Of a stretch of 60,216 bases of DNA, positions 1 through 9,844 are shown in pieces. The DNA is taken from the NCBI GenBank assembly GCA_947624705.1, contig CANQLL010000001.1:1-60216 (forward strand). The letters are read 5' to 3'. Below the pieces are notes generated by a model that was not told where the DNA came from, did no database searches, and was given only the letters and a program-made list of their open reading frames with translations. The translations under genes were made by a program, and so were the position numbers. The first letter of the stretch is position 1, and every line of letters starts with the position of its first letter. This DNA comes from an uncultured Bacilli bacterium. GTDB lineage: Bacteria > Bacillota_I > Bacilli_A > RF39 > UBA660.

Positions 1-243
1 AAGATTTTGATATACTTTGTTCTCATATTAATAGTTTATATAGAGAATCTTTAAATGGTAAATGTCCTTTTGATTTATATTCCTCTAGATAAAATTAAAA
101 AGTTAAATTTAGCTAAAATTAATCCTTTAAATGTTTCTTTAATACCTGAACTACTTGGTGAGAAAAATATTAATAATATTAAAAAATATTTAGATAAAAG
201 TGAGATTAAAAAAGCTAATATTTCTTTTATTAAAAATGACTAG
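1..243 (+). pseudogene. Possible 3' remnant of a DDE-type transposase/integrase gene, split over two frames (3..92 and 55..243)
   Basis: Frame 3 reads DFDILCSHINSLYRESLNGKCPFDLYSSR* (3..92). This resembles the C-terminal N-x-R-x-R-x-x-L-x-G-x-x-P block of rve/IS30-like transposases. The likely continuation LDKIKKLNLAKINPLNVSLIPELL is in frame 1. The gene is cut by the window edge and the similarity is weak. Confidence 0.25.
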
Positions 244-250
244 TTTTAAA

Positions 251-373
251 TTGCATTTACTTTTAGAATATTCAAAAATTTGAAAAAAACGATGATTTAT
301 TTTACATCGTTTTTATATTGCATTTACTTTTAGACTTAATTTACTTGATTTGTTGGTTGCATTTACTTTTAGA
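251..373. repeat. Three direct copies of the 17-bp motif TTGCATTTACTTTTAGA (251-267, 318-334, 357-373)
   Basis: Exact 17-mer read three times in the same orientation, directly downstream of the transposase-like remnant. Confidence 0.9.
285..316 (+). terminator. Rho-independent terminator-like hairpin
   Basis: AAAAACGATG (285-294) pairs with CATCGTTTTT (305-314) across a 10-nt loop. A/T runs on both sides suggest it could work in both directions. Confidence 0.55.
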
Positions 374-426
374 ATTCACCTATTATAAAATAAGTTTATA
401 GGTGTCATTTTAGTAAAATAGGGTGG

Positions 427-455
427 TTGACAAGCAAAATTTAAAAGTTTATAAT
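427..455 (+). promoter_or_regulatory. Consensus sigma-A promoter of the ileS leader
   Basis: TTGACA (427-432), 17-nt spacer, TATAAT (450-455). Confidence 0.7.
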
Positions 456-461
456 AAAAAG

Positions 462-690
462 CGAAAAAACAAATGCGGGAGAGGGCAATATATTAGTACT
501 TAATAGAGAGTTATTGATTGGTGGAAAATAACAAGAAAAATATATTGTAGATCACTTCCCAATGTGTTACTTTGAAAAAAAAGTAGAAGTAAACGTAACC
601 TCGCGTTAAGAGATAAAGTGTATGATAAAATCATAAATTAAGGTGGTACCACGCGTAAATGCGTCCTTAAATTTATGATTTTTTATTTAT
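462..690 (+). promoter_or_regulatory. T-box riboswitch leader (Ile specifier) upstream of ileS
   Basis: AGAGA-type stem I element around 505-512. Candidate specifier AUC followed by A at 551-554. T-box core AAGGTGGTACCACGCG at 640-655. Terminator-like arms 628-643 and 665-681 are followed by a T-tract just before ileS. Confidence 0.85.
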
Positions 691-706
691 ATAGGAAGGT
701 GAAGAA

Positions 707-3700
707 ATGAAAAATTTTAAAGAGTTAGACAAAAGAAAAGTAAGTGAAGTAGAAGAATCGATTTCTACTTCTTGGCAAAGCGTTAATGTTATGCACGATA
801 AACAAGTAAACTTGCGAAGTAAAGATAAAACCTTTGTCTTTTATGATGGGCCAGCTTTTGCCAATGGTTTTCCTGGTTTACATCACATGGTATCTAAAAA
901 TTTAAAAGATACAATAACTAAATATCATGTTATGAATGGCCAAAAAGTAATTCGGAAAATTGGTTGGGATACCCATGGCCTACCAATTGAAAATCATGTT
1001 GAGAAAAAATTAGGTATATCTTCTAAAAAAGAAATTGAAGCTTTAGGAGTAGCTAAATTTAATCAGGAATGTCGCAACAGTGTGCGCGAAAATGAAAGTG
1101 CTTTCACCAATTTAACTAGGAAAATGGGCCAATTTTTTGATGTTGAACATCCATATTTAACTTATAAAAATGAATATATTGAAACCGAATGGTGGATTTT
1201 AAAAGAAATGTTTAAAAAAGATATGTTCTATGAAGGAACACGCGTTGTTCCTTATTGTCCGCATTGTGGAACAGGCCTTGCCACCCATGAAGTTGCTCAA
1301 AATTATCAAACTGACACGGCCATTACGGTTTATGTCCCTTTTAAGAAAAAAGATGAAGATATTTACTTTTTAGTTTGGACCACTACCCCTTGGACTTTAT
1401 GTGCTAATGTCGCTTTATGTGTTCATCCTGATTTAGATTATGTTTTAGCCGAATCAAAAGGAACAAAATTTATCTTAGCAAAAAGTTTAGTGAATAAAGT
1501 TTTAGGGGAAGAAGCAAAAGTTTTAGATACTTTTAAAGGTAAAACTTTAGAATATCAAGAATATGAACAATTAATTGATTCTTTTGAAGTTGATAAAAAA
1601 GCGTTTTATGTAACCTGTGATGATTATGTCACAGCCGAAGACGGAACTGGTATTGTTCACATTGCGCCGGCTTTTGGTGAAGATGATGCTAATGTCGGTA
1701 AAAAATATGATTTACCATACCTAAATCCCGTTGGTAAAGACGGTTGTTATGTGGGCGGATTATGGGACAAAAAGTTTGTTCATGATGTTAATGAAGAAAT
1801 TGTTGCTTATTTAAAAGAAAATGGTAAATTATTTAAACGTCAAAAAGTATCGCATGAATACCCACATTGTTGGCGTTGTGATACTCCTTTAATTTACTAT
1901 TCAATGCCAAGTTACTATATTAAAGTTTCCCACATGCGTGATGATTTAGTAAAAGCCAATGCTAAAGTTAATTGGTATCCGGCTTATGTAGGCGAAAAAC
2001 GTTTTGCCAATTGGTTAGAAAATGCGCGGGATTGGAATGTTTCTCGGAGTCGTTACTGGGGTAGTCCAATACCTTTTTACAAATGTAGTTGTGGACATAC
2101 CCATATGATTGGTTCGATTGCCGAGTTAAAAGAAATGGCTACGACTAAAGTAAATGATGATTTAGATTTACATAAACCATATATTGATGAAATAAAAATT
2201 AAATGTCCAAAATGTGGGGGCGAAATGAAGAGAATTGCCGATGTTTTAGATTGTTGGTTTGATTCTGGTTCAATGCCTTTTGCGCAATATCATTATCCTT
2301 TTGAAAATAAAGAATTATGGGAAAGTCAATTTCCAGCTGATTTCATCTGTGAGGGTATTGATCAAACACGGGGTTGGTTCTATACTTTAATGGTTATTTC
2401 AACTTTCATTAAAGGGTGTTCACCTTTTAAAAATGTTTTAGTTAATGATTTACTTCTTGATAGTGAAGGTAAAAAAATGAGTAAATCTAGAGGCAATATT
2501 GTCGAACCATTTACAACTATTAAAGAATATGGGGCTGATACCGTAAGATTTTACCTTCCTTATGTTTCACCCGTTTGGACTCCTTTAAAATTTGATATCG
2601 CTGGTTTAAAAGAAGTTTATTCGAAATTCTTTAATCCTTTAAAAAATACTTATAGTTTCTTTTGTACTTATGCTAATATTGATAAAATCGAAACTGATGA
2701 TTGTCAAATTGCTTATGAAAAAAGAGAAGAAATTGATAAATGGTTATTATCTAAATATAATCGTTTAGTTAAAAATGTTCGGGCTTCTTTTGATGAATAT
2801 GATTTAAATAAAGTAGTACATTTCTTAGCTAACTTTGTTTCTGATGATTTATCAAATTGGTATATTAGACGTAATCGTAATCGTTTTTGGCAAAGCGAGT
2901 TTAATGATTCGAAAAAAAGTGTTTATATTACAACTTATGAAGTATTAGTGGGTTTAGCCAAACTAATCGCCCCAATTACACCATTTATATCGGAAGAATT
3001 ATATCGTAATTTAACTAATGAAGAATCAGTTCATTTAACTGATTATCCAAAAGTTAACCAAAAATTAATTAATGAGACAATTGAGACCAAAATGGATTTA
3101 GTTCGCGATTTAATTAGTATCGGTCGCCAAGCCCGGGAAGAGGCAAAAATTAAAGTGCGTCAACCATTAAGTGAAGTTATTCTTGATGGCAAGAATAAAA
3201 ATATTTTAAAAGATTTAGTGGATTTAATTAAAGAAGAATTAAATGTTAAAGAAGTTATCTTTGAAGATGATTTAGCTAAATATATGAATTTTACAATTAA
3301 ACCTAATTTTAAAACAGCTGGACCAATTTTAGGAAATCATATTAAAGATTTAGTTAATCTTTTAAATAATTACACCGAAGAACAAATAATGGAACTTAAA
3401 AATAACCAAGAACATTATTTAGAAATAGAAAAACAAAAATATCCAATTACTTTAGATATGGTTGATATCCGAATTAATTCTAAAGAAGGTTTTGATGTTG
3501 GTACGAATAATAATGATTTTATTATCTTAAATACGAATTTAACTCCAGAATTAATTGAAGAAGGTATAGCGCGAGAATTTATATCTAAAGTTCAAAATTT
3601 ACGGAAAACTAAAGATTTTGACATTGAAAATCGCATTAACATATTATTTAATGCTAGTGAAGATTTAAAACAAGCGATTTTCAATAATTTAGATTATATT

Positions 3701-3805
3701 AAAGGAGAAACTTTAGCTGTTAATTTAGACTATACAAATGAAAAACAAAATGATATTATAGACATTAATAACAACGAGGTAAGTATTACGATTAAGAAAA
3801 TTTAG
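707..3805 (+). CDS. ileS: Isoleucine--tRNA ligase, type 2 (about 1030 aa form)
   Basis: 1032-aa ORF with a class I HIGH-like segment (PGLHHMV), KMSKS, the CP1 editing region and typical IleRS blocks (WDTHGLP, GWFYTL). Preceded by an Ile T-box. Confidence 0.97.
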   Translation: MKNFKELDKRKVSEVEESISTSWQSVNVMHDKQVNLRSKDKTFVFYDGPAFANGFPGLHHMVSKNLKDTITKYHVMNGQKVIRKIGWDTHGLPIENHVEKKLGISSKKEIEALGVAKFNQECRNSVRENESAFTNLTRKMGQFFDVEHPYLTYKNEYIETEWWILKEMFKKDMFYEGTRVVPYCPHCGTGLATHEVAQNYQTDTAITVYVPFKKKDEDIYFLVWTTTPWTLCANVALCVHPDLDYVLAESKGTKFILAKSLVNKVLGEEAKVLDTFKGKTLEYQEYEQLIDSFEVDKKAFYVTCDDYVTAEDGTGIVHIAPAFGEDDANVGKKYDLPYLNPVGKDGCYVGGLWDKKFVHDVNEEIVAYLKENGKLFKRQKVSHEYPHCWRCDTPLIYYSMPSYYIKVSHMRDDLVKANAKVNWYPAYVGEKRFANWLENARDWNVSRSRYWGSPIPFYKCSCGHTHMIGSIAELKEMATTKVNDDLDLHKPYIDEIKIKCPKCGGEMKRIADVLDCWFDSGSMPFAQYHYPFENKELWESQFPADFICEGIDQTRGWFYTLMVISTFIKGCSPFKNVLVNDLLLDSEGKKMSKSRGNIVEPFTTIKEYGADTVRFYLPYVSPVWTPLKFDIAGLKEVYSKFFNPLKNTYSFFCTYANIDKIETDDCQIAYEKREEIDKWLLSKYNRLVKNVRASFDEYDLNKVVHFLANFVSDDLSNWYIRRNRNRFWQSEFNDSKKSVYITTYEVLVGLAKLIAPITPFISEELYRNLTNEESVHLTDYPKVNQKLINETIETKMDLVRDLISIGRQAREEAKIKVRQPLSEVILDGKNKNILKDLVDLIKEELNVKEVIFEDDLAKYMNFTIKPNFKTAGPILGNHIKDLVNLLNNYTEEQIMELKNNQEHYLEIEKQKYPITLDMVDIRINSKEGFDVGTNNNDFIILNTNLTPELIEEGIAREFISKVQNLRKTKDFDIENRINILFNASEDLKQAIFNNLDYIKGETLAVNLDYTNEKQNDIIDINNNEVSITIKKI

Positions 3806-3813
3806 GTGATTTT

Positions 3814-5010
3814 ATGTTAGAGGGTTTTAGGTTTAAAAAATTTAGAGAATTGTATCAAGCTAAAAATTATAATCAAGGAATAGTTTTAATTGAAAAAGGT
3901 TTAATTGTTACTAATCGTTTAAAATATAAACGATTAGTAACGAGATTACTTAAAATTGATATTTATAAAAATAATAAAAAGCCTTATATAACATTTGATT
4001 TATTAAATAATTTTAATGAAGAATACTTACAAAATTTAAAAGATAATTATTTAATAAAATATAATAAATGTTTAGAATATCAAAATTTTATTTATGCTTC
4101 ATTAATTTTAAATGTTTTATTAGAACTTGTTAATTTAGGTTATTTAAACTTAAATGATATTCCTAATATTAATGATTACCATGATTATGTATTAAAACAA
4201 AAACAAGAATTAGAATATATTCAAAAAATAAAAGAAGATTTAGATAATAATACTTCTTGTGTTTTAACAAAGCCATTAGCCGAAAATAGAATAAATATTT
4301 TATATCAATACATTCAAGAAGAGCCTGGTTTAAAATCTTTTAAAATAAAAGATGATAAAGGTCAACATTTAGTAATTCATAAATTAATAAGTGAAAAAAT
4401 AGATTTTGATAAATATAAATATAAAATTCAAAAAGCTAAAAGTAATGAAAACTATCAAAAAGCTTTAGCTTATAATTTTAAATTATTAAATTATAATTAT
4501 ATTCCTTCTGCTTCAATATATGCTAATACTGGTTTATTATATTTAAAGCTACGTAATATTAAAGAAGCTGTTAAATATTTAACCATTGCTACTTATCATC
4601 CTTTTGAAAATAAATTTGACTTTACGAAAATTATTGAAGATAATTTAAATTTTGAATTTAATGATAAGAAAGCTTTAGCATTATTTAAGTTAGAGGAATT
4701 TAATGAAGATGATATAACTAAAAAATATAAAAATCTTATTATTCAATTTAATGAATCAAAAGATAATTTGGATACTTTTGCTTTAAATAATAATTTAAGT
4801 AACGAAGATAAGTTAATAATGAAAATTATTATTGCTAGACATTATTATGCAAATAATTTTTCTAAATTAGCAGAAAATTTATTAAGAAAAATAGAAAAAG
4901 ATTTAAATAATAATAGTTATATAACTGAATTAATAAAAGAGACTAGAAAAAATAAAAATTTTTATCGCAATAAAAAAGCATATCAACAAATATTGAGGTT
5001 AAATATATGA
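3814..5010 (+). CDS. Hypothetical protein with TPR-like helical repeats
   Basis: 398-aa ORF tightly packed after ileS. Asn/Lys-rich, with TPR-like segments such as YQKALAYNFKLL...GLLYLKLRNIKEAVKYL. No enzyme motif recognised. Confidence 0.5.
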   Translation: MLEGFRFKKFRELYQAKNYNQGIVLIEKGLIVTNRLKYKRLVTRLLKIDIYKNNKKPYITFDLLNNFNEEYLQNLKDNYLIKYNKCLEYQNFIYASLILNVLLELVNLGYLNLNDIPNINDYHDYVLKQKQELEYIQKIKEDLDNNTSCVLTKPLAENRINILYQYIQEEPGLKSFKIKDDKGQHLVIHKLISEKIDFDKYKYKIQKAKSNENYQKALAYNFKLLNYNYIPSASIYANTGLLYLKLRNIKEAVKYLTIATYHPFENKFDFTKIIEDNLNFEFNDKKALALFKLEEFNEDDITKKYKNLIIQFNESKDNLDTFALNNNLSNEDKLIMKIIIARHYYANNFSKLAENLLRKIEKDLNNNSYITELIKETRKNKNFYRNKKAYQQILRLNI

Positions 5011-5477
5011 AAATAGTTCATCCATTAAAACCAATTTATGATAAAAATTCAAAAATTTTAATACTGGGATCATTTCCAAGTATTATTTCACGTGAAAAAA
5101 ATTTTTACTATGCTAATAAACAAAATCGGTTTTGGCAAGTGTTAGAAAACGTTTTTATGGAGGAGATAGATAATAAAGAAGAATTTTTATTAAAACATCA
5201 TATTGCTTTATGGGATGTTATTCATTCTTGTGAAATAATAGGCTCAAGTGATAGTAGTATTAAAAATGTAAAAGTTAATGATATTAGTTTTTTACTTACT
5301 CAAACTAATATTAATAAAATATATGTTAATGGGAGAAAAGCCTATGAGTTATATCAAAAATACCTAAAAGATAAAATAAATATTGAAGCAATTTATCTAC
5401 CTTCCACTTCTCCTGCCAATGCCAAATATAAATTAAATGATTTGCTTAAAGCATATGAAATAATAACAAGAATTTAA
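5007..5477 (+). CDS. Uracil-DNA glycosylase superfamily protein (DNA-deoxyinosine glycosylase-like)
   Basis: N-terminal ILILGSFPS..S....FYYAN..NRFW block typical of family-6-type UDG/hypoxanthine-DNA glycosylases. ATGA overlap with the upstream gene. Confidence 0.7.
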   Translation: MKIVHPLKPIYDKNSKILILGSFPSIISREKNFYYANKQNRFWQVLENVFMEEIDNKEEFLLKHHIALWDVIHSCEIIGSSDSSIKNVKVNDISFLLTQTNINKIYVNGRKAYELYQKYLKDKINIEAIYLPSTSPANAKYKLNDLLKAYEIITRI

Positions 5478-5708
5478 TACAAAATGTTTTAAGGGTTGTA
5501 ATACTAAAATGAAATGAAAAATGAAACTAGAATATAATTGAGCAAAATTATGGTAAACATTATAGAATAATTCATCAAGTAACAATATATTTATTTTTAC
5601 TACGATAAGTTATTAATTTAAAATAATGTTTTTTTACTTAAACTAGTGAAAGAGTAGATAAAAATCATTTATTAATGAGTAAAATCTTAGTGAAAATTTT
5701 GTAAAATA

Positions 5709-5737
5709 AAAGACCAATAATAGTAATTGGTCTTTTT
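5709..5737 (+). terminator. Hairpin plus T-tract in the intergenic region before the AI-2E transporter gene
   Basis: AAAGACCAAT (5709-5718) pairs with ATTGGTCTTT (5726-5735), followed by T's. It lies about 230 nt after the nearest upstream stop codon. Confidence 0.5.
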
Positions 5738-5773
5738 AAGTGTTATAATCTTTTTATAAGGAAGTGGTTTTAA

Positions 5774-6922
5774 ATGCCGGTTAAAAAAGATGATAAAGAA
5801 AAATTAGATATTAAAAGTATTAATGAATCAGTTATTTTATCTAAAAAAATATTAAAAATAGTACATATTTTTATGATAATAGGAGCTATTTTATTATTTA
5901 CTATCGTTGTCAAAGAATGGCGAATTCCAACTTTTTTAATAACTTTTGTAAAAATATTAACTCCTTTATTTATTGGATATATTATTGCATGGTTATTTCA
6001 TCCTTTAGTTAATTTTTTACACCGTAATGGTTTTAAAAAAGGTTTAGCTGTTGTAATAGTTTATCTTGGTTTTATTGCTTTATTATACTTATTTTTAAGT
6101 ATGTTAGTACCAACGGTTATCAATCAGTTTAATGATTTAGTTTCATCTATTCCCAACATATTTAATAGTATAAAAGGTTTTATTAATGAATTCTTTGCTA
6201 ATATTAAAAATATTAGCCCAAGTACGATAAATAATATCCGTAATGGAATTTATAATAATATTGGTCATTTTATGAATGGAATAGTTAAGGATTTACCAAA
6301 TACCGCTATTAGTTTAATAGGTTCATTATTTAGTGGTTTAGGAACTTTTGTAATAAGTTTAATTATTGGTTTTTATATGTTATTTGATTTTGATTCAATT
6401 AAAAAACATTTTATAAAATTAATTCCGAAAAAATATCGTTATGAAATAAGTGAATTGACAGAAGAAGTTGGAACTCAACTACGCAAATATGTTAATGGTG
6501 TTTTTGGCGTTGCTAGTATTATTTTAGTTGGTTGTTCAATTGGTTTTGCCATTATTGGTTTAAAAGCACCTTTACTATTTGGTATGTTTTGTGGTATAAC
6601 AGATTTAATTCCTTATATTGGTCCCTATATTGGCGGTGCCGCTGCAGTTGTGGTTGGCTTTTCGCAAAGCCCTTTAACTGGAATTTTAGCTTTAGTGGTA
6701 ATAATTATTTTCCAAACTTTAGAAAGTTATATAATTCAACCAATAGTTATGAGTAAAACGATGAAATTACATCCAGTTACTATTTTAATTGGTTTAACTG
6801 TTTTTGGGGCTTTCTTTGGAATTGTCGGAATGGTTTTAGCTACGCCAATTATTGCCTTTATGAAAATAATATTTAAATATATTAATAATAAATTTAATTT
6901 AATTGATTTAGAAATTGAATAG
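5774..6922 (+). CDS. AI-2E family transporter (PerM/YtvI-like permease)
   Basis: 382-aa polytopic membrane protein with the family block GITDLIPYIGPYIGG. An extended -10 TGTTATAAT lies at 5741-5749. Confidence 0.85.
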   Translation: MPVKKDDKEKLDIKSINESVILSKKILKIVHIFMIIGAILLFTIVVKEWRIPTFLITFVKILTPLFIGYIIAWLFHPLVNFLHRNGFKKGLAVVIVYLGFIALLYLFLSMLVPTVINQFNDLVSSIPNIFNSIKGFINEFFANIKNISPSTINNIRNGIYNNIGHFMNGIVKDLPNTAISLIGSLFSGLGTFVISLIIGFYMLFDFDSIKKHFIKLIPKKYRYEISELTEEVGTQLRKYVNGVFGVASIILVGCSIGFAIIGLKAPLLFGMFCGITDLIPYIGPYIGGAAAVVVGFSQSPLTGILALVVIIIFQTLESYIIQPIVMSKTMKLHPVTILIGLTVFGAFFGIVGMVLATPIIAFMKIIFKYINNKFNLIDLEIE

Positions 6923-6924
6923 GA

Positions 6925-8688
6925 GTGACACATATGAATATTAAAGATTTATACATCGAGTTTTTTAAAGAAAGAAAGCATAAACAAATTCCTAGTGCTC
7001 CCGTAATTCCGGAAAATGATCCTTCTGTTTTGTTTAACACTGCCGGAATGCAACCTTTAATTCCTTATTTAATGGGTCAACCTCATCCTTATGGTACGAG
7101 ATTAGTTGATTATCAAAAATGTATTCGGACTAATGATTTAGATTCAGTTGGTGATAAAACTCATCATACTTTTTTTGAAATGTTAGGTAATTGGTCTTTA
7201 GGAGATTACTTTAAAAAAGAAAGTTTAACTTGGAGTTTTGAATTCTTAACCCAAAAATTACATATTGATCCCAAAAGATTAGCTGTTACGGTTTTTGCTG
7301 GGAATGATAAAATTGAAGAAGATAAAGAATCAATTGCCATTTGGCAAAGTTTAGGAATTAAAGAAGAAAAAATAGCTAAAACCAAAAATGATAATTTTTG
7401 GATTGCGGGGGAAACTGGTCCATGTGGACCAGATTCCGAAATTTTCTATTTTAATAGTAAAGATGAAATCCCCGAAGTTTTTGATCCCGAAGATGAGCGT
7501 TATGTAGAAATATGGAATAATGTCTTCATGCAATATTATAAAGATGAAAATGGTAATTTTAGCGATTTACCGAAAAAAAATGTTGATACAGGAATGGGTT
7601 TAGAAAGAATAACAGCAGTTTTAGAAAATGTTGATGATAATTATAGGTCGAGTATTTGGCAAGATGTTATTAAAAAAATCGAAGAAATAACTAATTTAGA
7701 TTATCAAAATCATGAAAAAAGTATGCGTATTATTGCTGATCATCTTAGAACGGCTGTTTTTATAGCAGCTGATAATAGTGGAATTAAACCAAGTAATACT
7801 GACCAAGGTTATATTTTAAGAAGATTAATTAGAAGAGCTATACGTCATGCCAAAAAATTAAATATTGATATTAATAGTAATTGGGAAGTAGAAATAGCTT
7901 TAGTTATAATGAATAAATATGCTAAATATTATCAAGAGCTAGTAACTAATAAAGATGTTGTTTTAGAGGTTTTAACGAATGAAAAAATAAGATTTAATAA
8001 AACTTTAGAAAAAGGTTTAAGAGAGTTTGAAAAAATAACGGCTAAATTAGAAGGTAATGTTTTAAATAAAGATTTAGCTTTTAAATTATATGATACTTAT
8101 GGTTTTCCAATTGAGTTAACCCAAGAATTATCGCAAGAAAAAAATATTGAAGTTGATGTTGAAGGCTTTAAAGAAAAATTTAAAGCTCATCAAGAATTAT
8201 CTCGAGCTGGAGCTAGTCAAAAATTTAAAGGCGGCTTAGCGGGGAATAGTGAGATTGAAACCAAATATCACACTGCCACCCATTTACTAAATGCGGCGTT
8301 AAAAGTGGTAGTTGATCAAAATGTTCATCAAAAGGGGAGTAATATTACTTCCGAAAGAATGCGTTTTGACTTTTCTTGCGACCATAAGTTAACTGAAGAA
8401 GAAAAGAAACAAACTGAAGATTTAGTTAATAAATGGATTGATGAGGGACTTGATGTAACGGTGGAAGAAATGCCTAAAGAAGAAGCTTTAAAGTCTGGAG
8501 CAGAATGTATGTTTATTGAAAAATATCCCGATATCGTTACTGTTTATTCAATTGGGGATGTATCTAAAGAACTTTGCGGTGGCCCACATGTGAAAAGCAC
8601 TAAAGAAATAGGGCATTTTAAAATAAAAAAAGAAGAAGCATCTAGTGCTGGAGTAAGAAGAATAAAAGCCGTTATTCAAGATGATTAA
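6925..8688 (+). CDS. alaS: Alanine--tRNA ligase, short form (587 aa; minimal editing core, no C-Ala domain)
   Basis: AlaRS N-terminal blocks are present (DPSVLFNTAGMQP, FFEMLGNWSLGDYFK, DTGMGLERI, LYDTYGFPIEL). The editing-site zinc motifs HTATH and CGGPH are both present. About 290 aa shorter than typical bacterial AlaRS. Confidence 0.85.
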   Translation: MTHMNIKDLYIEFFKERKHKQIPSAPVIPENDPSVLFNTAGMQPLIPYLMGQPHPYGTRLVDYQKCIRTNDLDSVGDKTHHTFFEMLGNWSLGDYFKKESLTWSFEFLTQKLHIDPKRLAVTVFAGNDKIEEDKESIAIWQSLGIKEEKIAKTKNDNFWIAGETGPCGPDSEIFYFNSKDEIPEVFDPEDERYVEIWNNVFMQYYKDENGNFSDLPKKNVDTGMGLERITAVLENVDDNYRSSIWQDVIKKIEEITNLDYQNHEKSMRIIADHLRTAVFIAADNSGIKPSNTDQGYILRRLIRRAIRHAKKLNIDINSNWEVEIALVIMNKYAKYYQELVTNKDVVLEVLTNEKIRFNKTLEKGLREFEKITAKLEGNVLNKDLAFKLYDTYGFPIELTQELSQEKNIEVDVEGFKEKFKAHQELSRAGASQKFKGGLAGNSEIETKYHTATHLLNAALKVVVDQNVHQKGSNITSERMRFDFSCDHKLTEEEKKQTEDLVNKWIDEGLDVTVEEMPKEEALKSGAECMFIEKYPDIVTVYSIGDVSKELCGGPHVKSTKEIGHFKIKKEEASSAGVRRIKAVIQDD

Positions 8689-8713
8689 AAATCGATAGCT
8701 TATATCGATTTTT
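8688..8713. terminator. Bidirectional terminator between alaS and the Fic/Doc remnant
   Basis: AAATCGATA (8689-8697) pairs with TATCGATTT (8703-8711), flanked by A- and T-runs. Confidence 0.65.
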
Positions 8714-8758
8714 AATTTGCTTTTAATCTGCAACACTATTATTTATTTTTGCTTTTTA

Positions 8759-9432
8759 TTATTTCCGATTCAAATCAATCCCATCAATGCTAGTATCATA
8801 AATCCATTGTTTTAAATCTAAATTATCTCCTGTTTCATAAAATTTAGTTAATTTTTCAAAGAATATTGGTTGATTTTCTTGTGAAATAGTTATTATTCCA
8901 CAACCATTGTCAATCATTATTTTATTAACAAATAACGTAGCAACTCTTTTATTGCCATCAATAAACATTTGTCTTCTCATAATCCAAAGCATTATTTCAA
9001 TAGCTATTTCCGTTTTTGTTTTTTCCGGTTGATTTAATAATTCTTTTAGTTCTTCTTTTATTTGACTTTCAATAGGAAATTGAGGTTTCCAAAATGTTCC
9101 CCAATATTTACAGGTGTACTTCTTAATTTTCCTAAATCTTGATCTAAAACTAATTTATCACAAGTTAATTTATGTAAATGGCTTAAAGCTTTAAAATCAT
9201 AATTTATATCATTGTTTTCCAGTATAAATTCCCAAGAATATTTTAAATTATTAATAGCAATGATGTTATTAACAATAAGTCCATTAACAACACCACCATC
9301 ATATATTACTTGAGTTTCTTGATATGTAACGTCAATACCATCTAAATTAGCACTTTTCCAAATATAATCTACAATATTTCTTTTTGCTACAAATATATTT
9401 TATTCTCTTGTTAAATTAAATTTATTTTTCCT
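8759..9432 (-). pseudogene. Fic/Doc family protein gene, disrupted
   Basis: The C-terminal ORF 8759..8992 carries a degenerate Fic/Doc core (FIDGNKRVATL). Hand translation upstream gives Fic-like sequence (AKRNIVDYIWKSANLDGIDVTYQETQVIYDGG...QDLGKLRSTPVNIG). It is interrupted by an in-frame TAA near 9390 and a frameshift at the C/G run near 9098-9101. Confidence 0.7.
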
Positions 9433-9749
9433 AAAAATTTTCTCCTACCATTTAATGTAAATAAAATCCAAAGTGGTTATTAGCTTTACAGGTAAAGTTT
9501 TTAGGATTTAAAACTAATTTATTTTCTAACTTATATTAGCACAGGAATGAATTCTATGCAATTAATTGGGCAGCTTTATTATAACTTTAAAAAACGTAAA
9601 ATCAAAAATTAAATTCTCAATTTAAGAAAAATATAAATTTATCCTAAAAATGAATTTTAGCCTAAAATTTGAAAACAAAAAACGTTTTTCTGGTTAGCAA
9701 AAAAAGCTTTTTAGCACGATTTTTGAAGCTAAAATCCATTTTTAGCAAT

Positions 9750-9778
9750 TTGCTATTCATTTTTAAATATGGTAATTT
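9750..9778 (+). promoter_or_regulatory. Extended -10 promoter of small-peptide module 1
   Basis: TTGCTA (9750-9755), 17-nt spacer ending in TG-n, TAATTT (9773-9778). The inferred start is at GGATGCA (9786). Confidence 0.45.
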
Positions 9779-9844
9779 TTGAGACGGATGCATTGAAGCA
9801 CCCGGACTAGTGTTTTCCTTAATTTTTAAGGAGGGCTGATAATT

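Noticed and set aside
55-243. 62-aa track ORF as an independent gene.
   Set aside because: No SD. The sequence reads as the out-of-frame continuation of the transposase-like C-terminus that enters from the window edge.
5480-5708. Possible small RNA or ORF in the 230-nt gap before the terminator at 5709-5737, containing AATGAAA-type short repeats and a TATAAT-like box.
   Set aside because: No SD-linked ORF or recognisable RNA motif could be supported by eye. Only the terminator hairpin is reported.
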